Shown in pieces: positions 62,115-64,000 of a DNA stretch of 64,000 nt. Every line of letters starts with the position of its first letter. The stretch's first letter is position 1. Source of the stretch: Octopus sinensis (lineage: Eukaryota); contig NW_021836155.1 of the NCBI RefSeq assembly GCF_006345805.1, forward strand, positions 4,175-68,174. Direction: 5' to 3'. The notes beneath the pieces were generated by a model, which searched no databases, was not told the origin of the DNA, and saw only the letters and a program-made list of their open reading frames with translations. The position numbers and the translations under genes were made by a program.

Positions 62115-62677
62115 GTTTCTTTATTGCCCACACAGGGCTGCACACAGGTGTGACAAATTACAAGGTAGAGGTTTTCTTTTGGCGGATGAAAAAAACAAAA
62201 AAACAAAAGAAAAAAGTGGCGTAGGTTTTCGATCAAAAGGGATCGTAAAAGGGAAAAAGGAAAAGAAAAAAAAAGAAAAACAAGAAAAAAAGAAACGGAA
62301 CAAAAGAAAAGAAAAATGAAAAAAGAAGAAAAAGGAGGAAAAAAGGGGAAGAGGAAAAAAAAACGATCAATAGGGATCGTGTATCACAGTGTCATGATGT
62401 ATGGTGTAAAGGGGAAAGCAGATGAGGTTTATCCGTGGGAAGAAAAGCCTACGGAAAAGACCACGGTAACCTCGGTCAATATTGTTATATGTTCCCACAT
62501 TTGGTTGCAAGTGGGTAACCCTCTGTTTTCAATTTCTGGGTTCATAGGATTATGCTCAAGGTGGCTTCGTTATTCATACGTGCCATCCTTGCTACATTCA
62601 CCCATCTTTTTTTAAAACATTCGCTAGACAAAACTTGCCTCTCTACTCTCGCTTTCCTTTTCAAATGGTACTTGAAG
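62113..62677 (-). mobile_element. 5'-truncated Tx1/L1-like LINE (ORF2 C-terminus plus 3' UTR)
   Basis: FKYHLKRKARVERQVLSSECFKKRWVNVARMARMNNEATLSIIL*, then a T-rich UTR and the tail CAGCCCTGTGTGGGCAATAAAGAAACTT; (GATA)n/(GACA)n on both sides. Confidence 0.7.
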
Positions 62678-63194
62678 ATAGATAGATAGCAGACAGACAG
62701 GCAGGAGGCAGGCAGGCAAGCAGACAGACAGATATCTATATACATAGATAGACTGAGTGATTGATTGCTTGACAGACAGAGAGACAGACAGAGGAATGTG
62801 TGGGGTTGTATGATGAGAAGCCTGCTTCCTAAACACATGGTTAGGAAGTGGAAGCTTGGGTGAGTGCCTTCCTCCATAGCCTCAGACGTACCAAAGCTTT
62901 GTGTGTGGAGTTGCTTGAGGGAAACTGAAAGAAGCCCATTATGGATGTGTGTGTGTGTGTACATGCATGTGTTACTATCTCTCTGCCTTGATTTTGCATG
63001 TAACCTTTAACCTAATCCCTCACAACCGAAAAGCAAACTTCTTCAATAATCAGCTACATGTGTATCAACACAAATATATATACACCCTTATTTTTTTCTT
63101 CTTTTGCTGCCCTTAGTCATTGGACTGCAGCCATGAAAAGGCACTGCCTTTAATGTGGCATTCAATAAGATGAAGCTCAGTTATTTAATAAAAC

Positions 63195-63596
63195 GTGTGG
63201 TAAGTAGCTTGCTAACCAACCACATGGTTCCGGGTTCAGTCCCACTGCGTGGCATCTTGGGCAAGCGTATTCTGCTATAGCCCCGGGCCGACCAATGCCT
63301 TGTGAGTGGATTTGGTAGACGGAAACTTAAAGAAGCCTGTCGTATATATGTATATATATATATGTGTGTGTGTTTGTGTGTCTGTGTTTGTCCCCCCTAG
63401 CATTGCTTGACAACCGATGCTGGTGTGTTTACATCCCCGTTACTTAGCGGTTCGGCAAAAAGAGACCGATAGAATAAGTACTGGGCTTACAAAAGGAATA
63501 AGTCTCATGGCCGAGTTGCTCGACTAAAGGCAGTGCTCCAGCATGGCCGCAGTCAAATGACTGAAACAAGTAAGAGAGTAAAAGAGTAAAAGAGTA
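63195..63596 (+). mobile_element. SINE family A lacking its first ~13 nt
   Basis: Starts GTGTGGTAAGTAGC, with a complete tail. Confidence 0.9.
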
Positions 63597-64000
63597 ATAT
63601 TATTTAATAAATAACTTTTTACCAAACTTCTAAGGTATGGAATGTAACAAAAAAAAAAAAAGATTTAGAACACAGAAGCACTCACACACACACACAGAGG
63701 CACAAGCAACAAATATAATTGGCCTCAGTAGATTTTCTATCGATCAAATTTCACTCACAAGACATTGCTTGACATGTGGCAACGATAGAAGACACTTGTG
63801 CAAGCTACCATATGATGGAAACGAACAACAAACCATTTAGTTATGAAGAAGTTCTTCACCAAATGAAAATACTTGCATCTATCTATCTATCTCTCTCTCT
63901 ATCTATCTATCTATCTGGCTACTTTATATATGTATATATATATCTACCTAGCTAGCTAACAACTTAAGTATGCATCCATCTATCTATTTCTCTGTCTGTC

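Overview
Eukaryotic, AT-rich, almost entirely non-coding DNA; the SINE families and the microsatellite load point to an octopus (coleoid cephalopod) genome (inference, not verified by search). I recognise no host protein-coding gene with confidence; nearly all ORFs in the track are translations of microsatellites, a satellite or SINEs. The window is dominated by (i) several tRNA-head SINE or SINE-like families (my labels: A, ~400 bp with internal (TA)n(TG)n and (GAGTAAAA)n tail; B, ~230 bp; C, with internal TAAAAAGCAC repeats and (GAT)n tail; D/E, GGAGGC head), (ii) a ~7.35 kb array of a 26-bp unit embedded in a family-C element, (iii) decayed autonomous elements: an R4/Dong-like RLE LINE in (TAA)n, Tx1/L1-like LINE 3' ends, Penelope-like GIY-YIG and RT fragments, a mariner with both TIRs, a mariner MITE and a Helitron-like element, and (iv) several fold-back and duplicated segments. 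The most interesting unexplained signals are minimal hammerhead-ribozyme motifs with palindromic stem III in four unrelated sequence contexts (one pair facing outward in a ~434-bp palindrome), a 3' tail shared between SINE B and the Tx1-like LINE, TSD-flanked SINE dimers, and a satellite whose variation is mostly explained by CpG decay of a SINE-internal unit. Boundaries were read by eye and may be off by a few bases.
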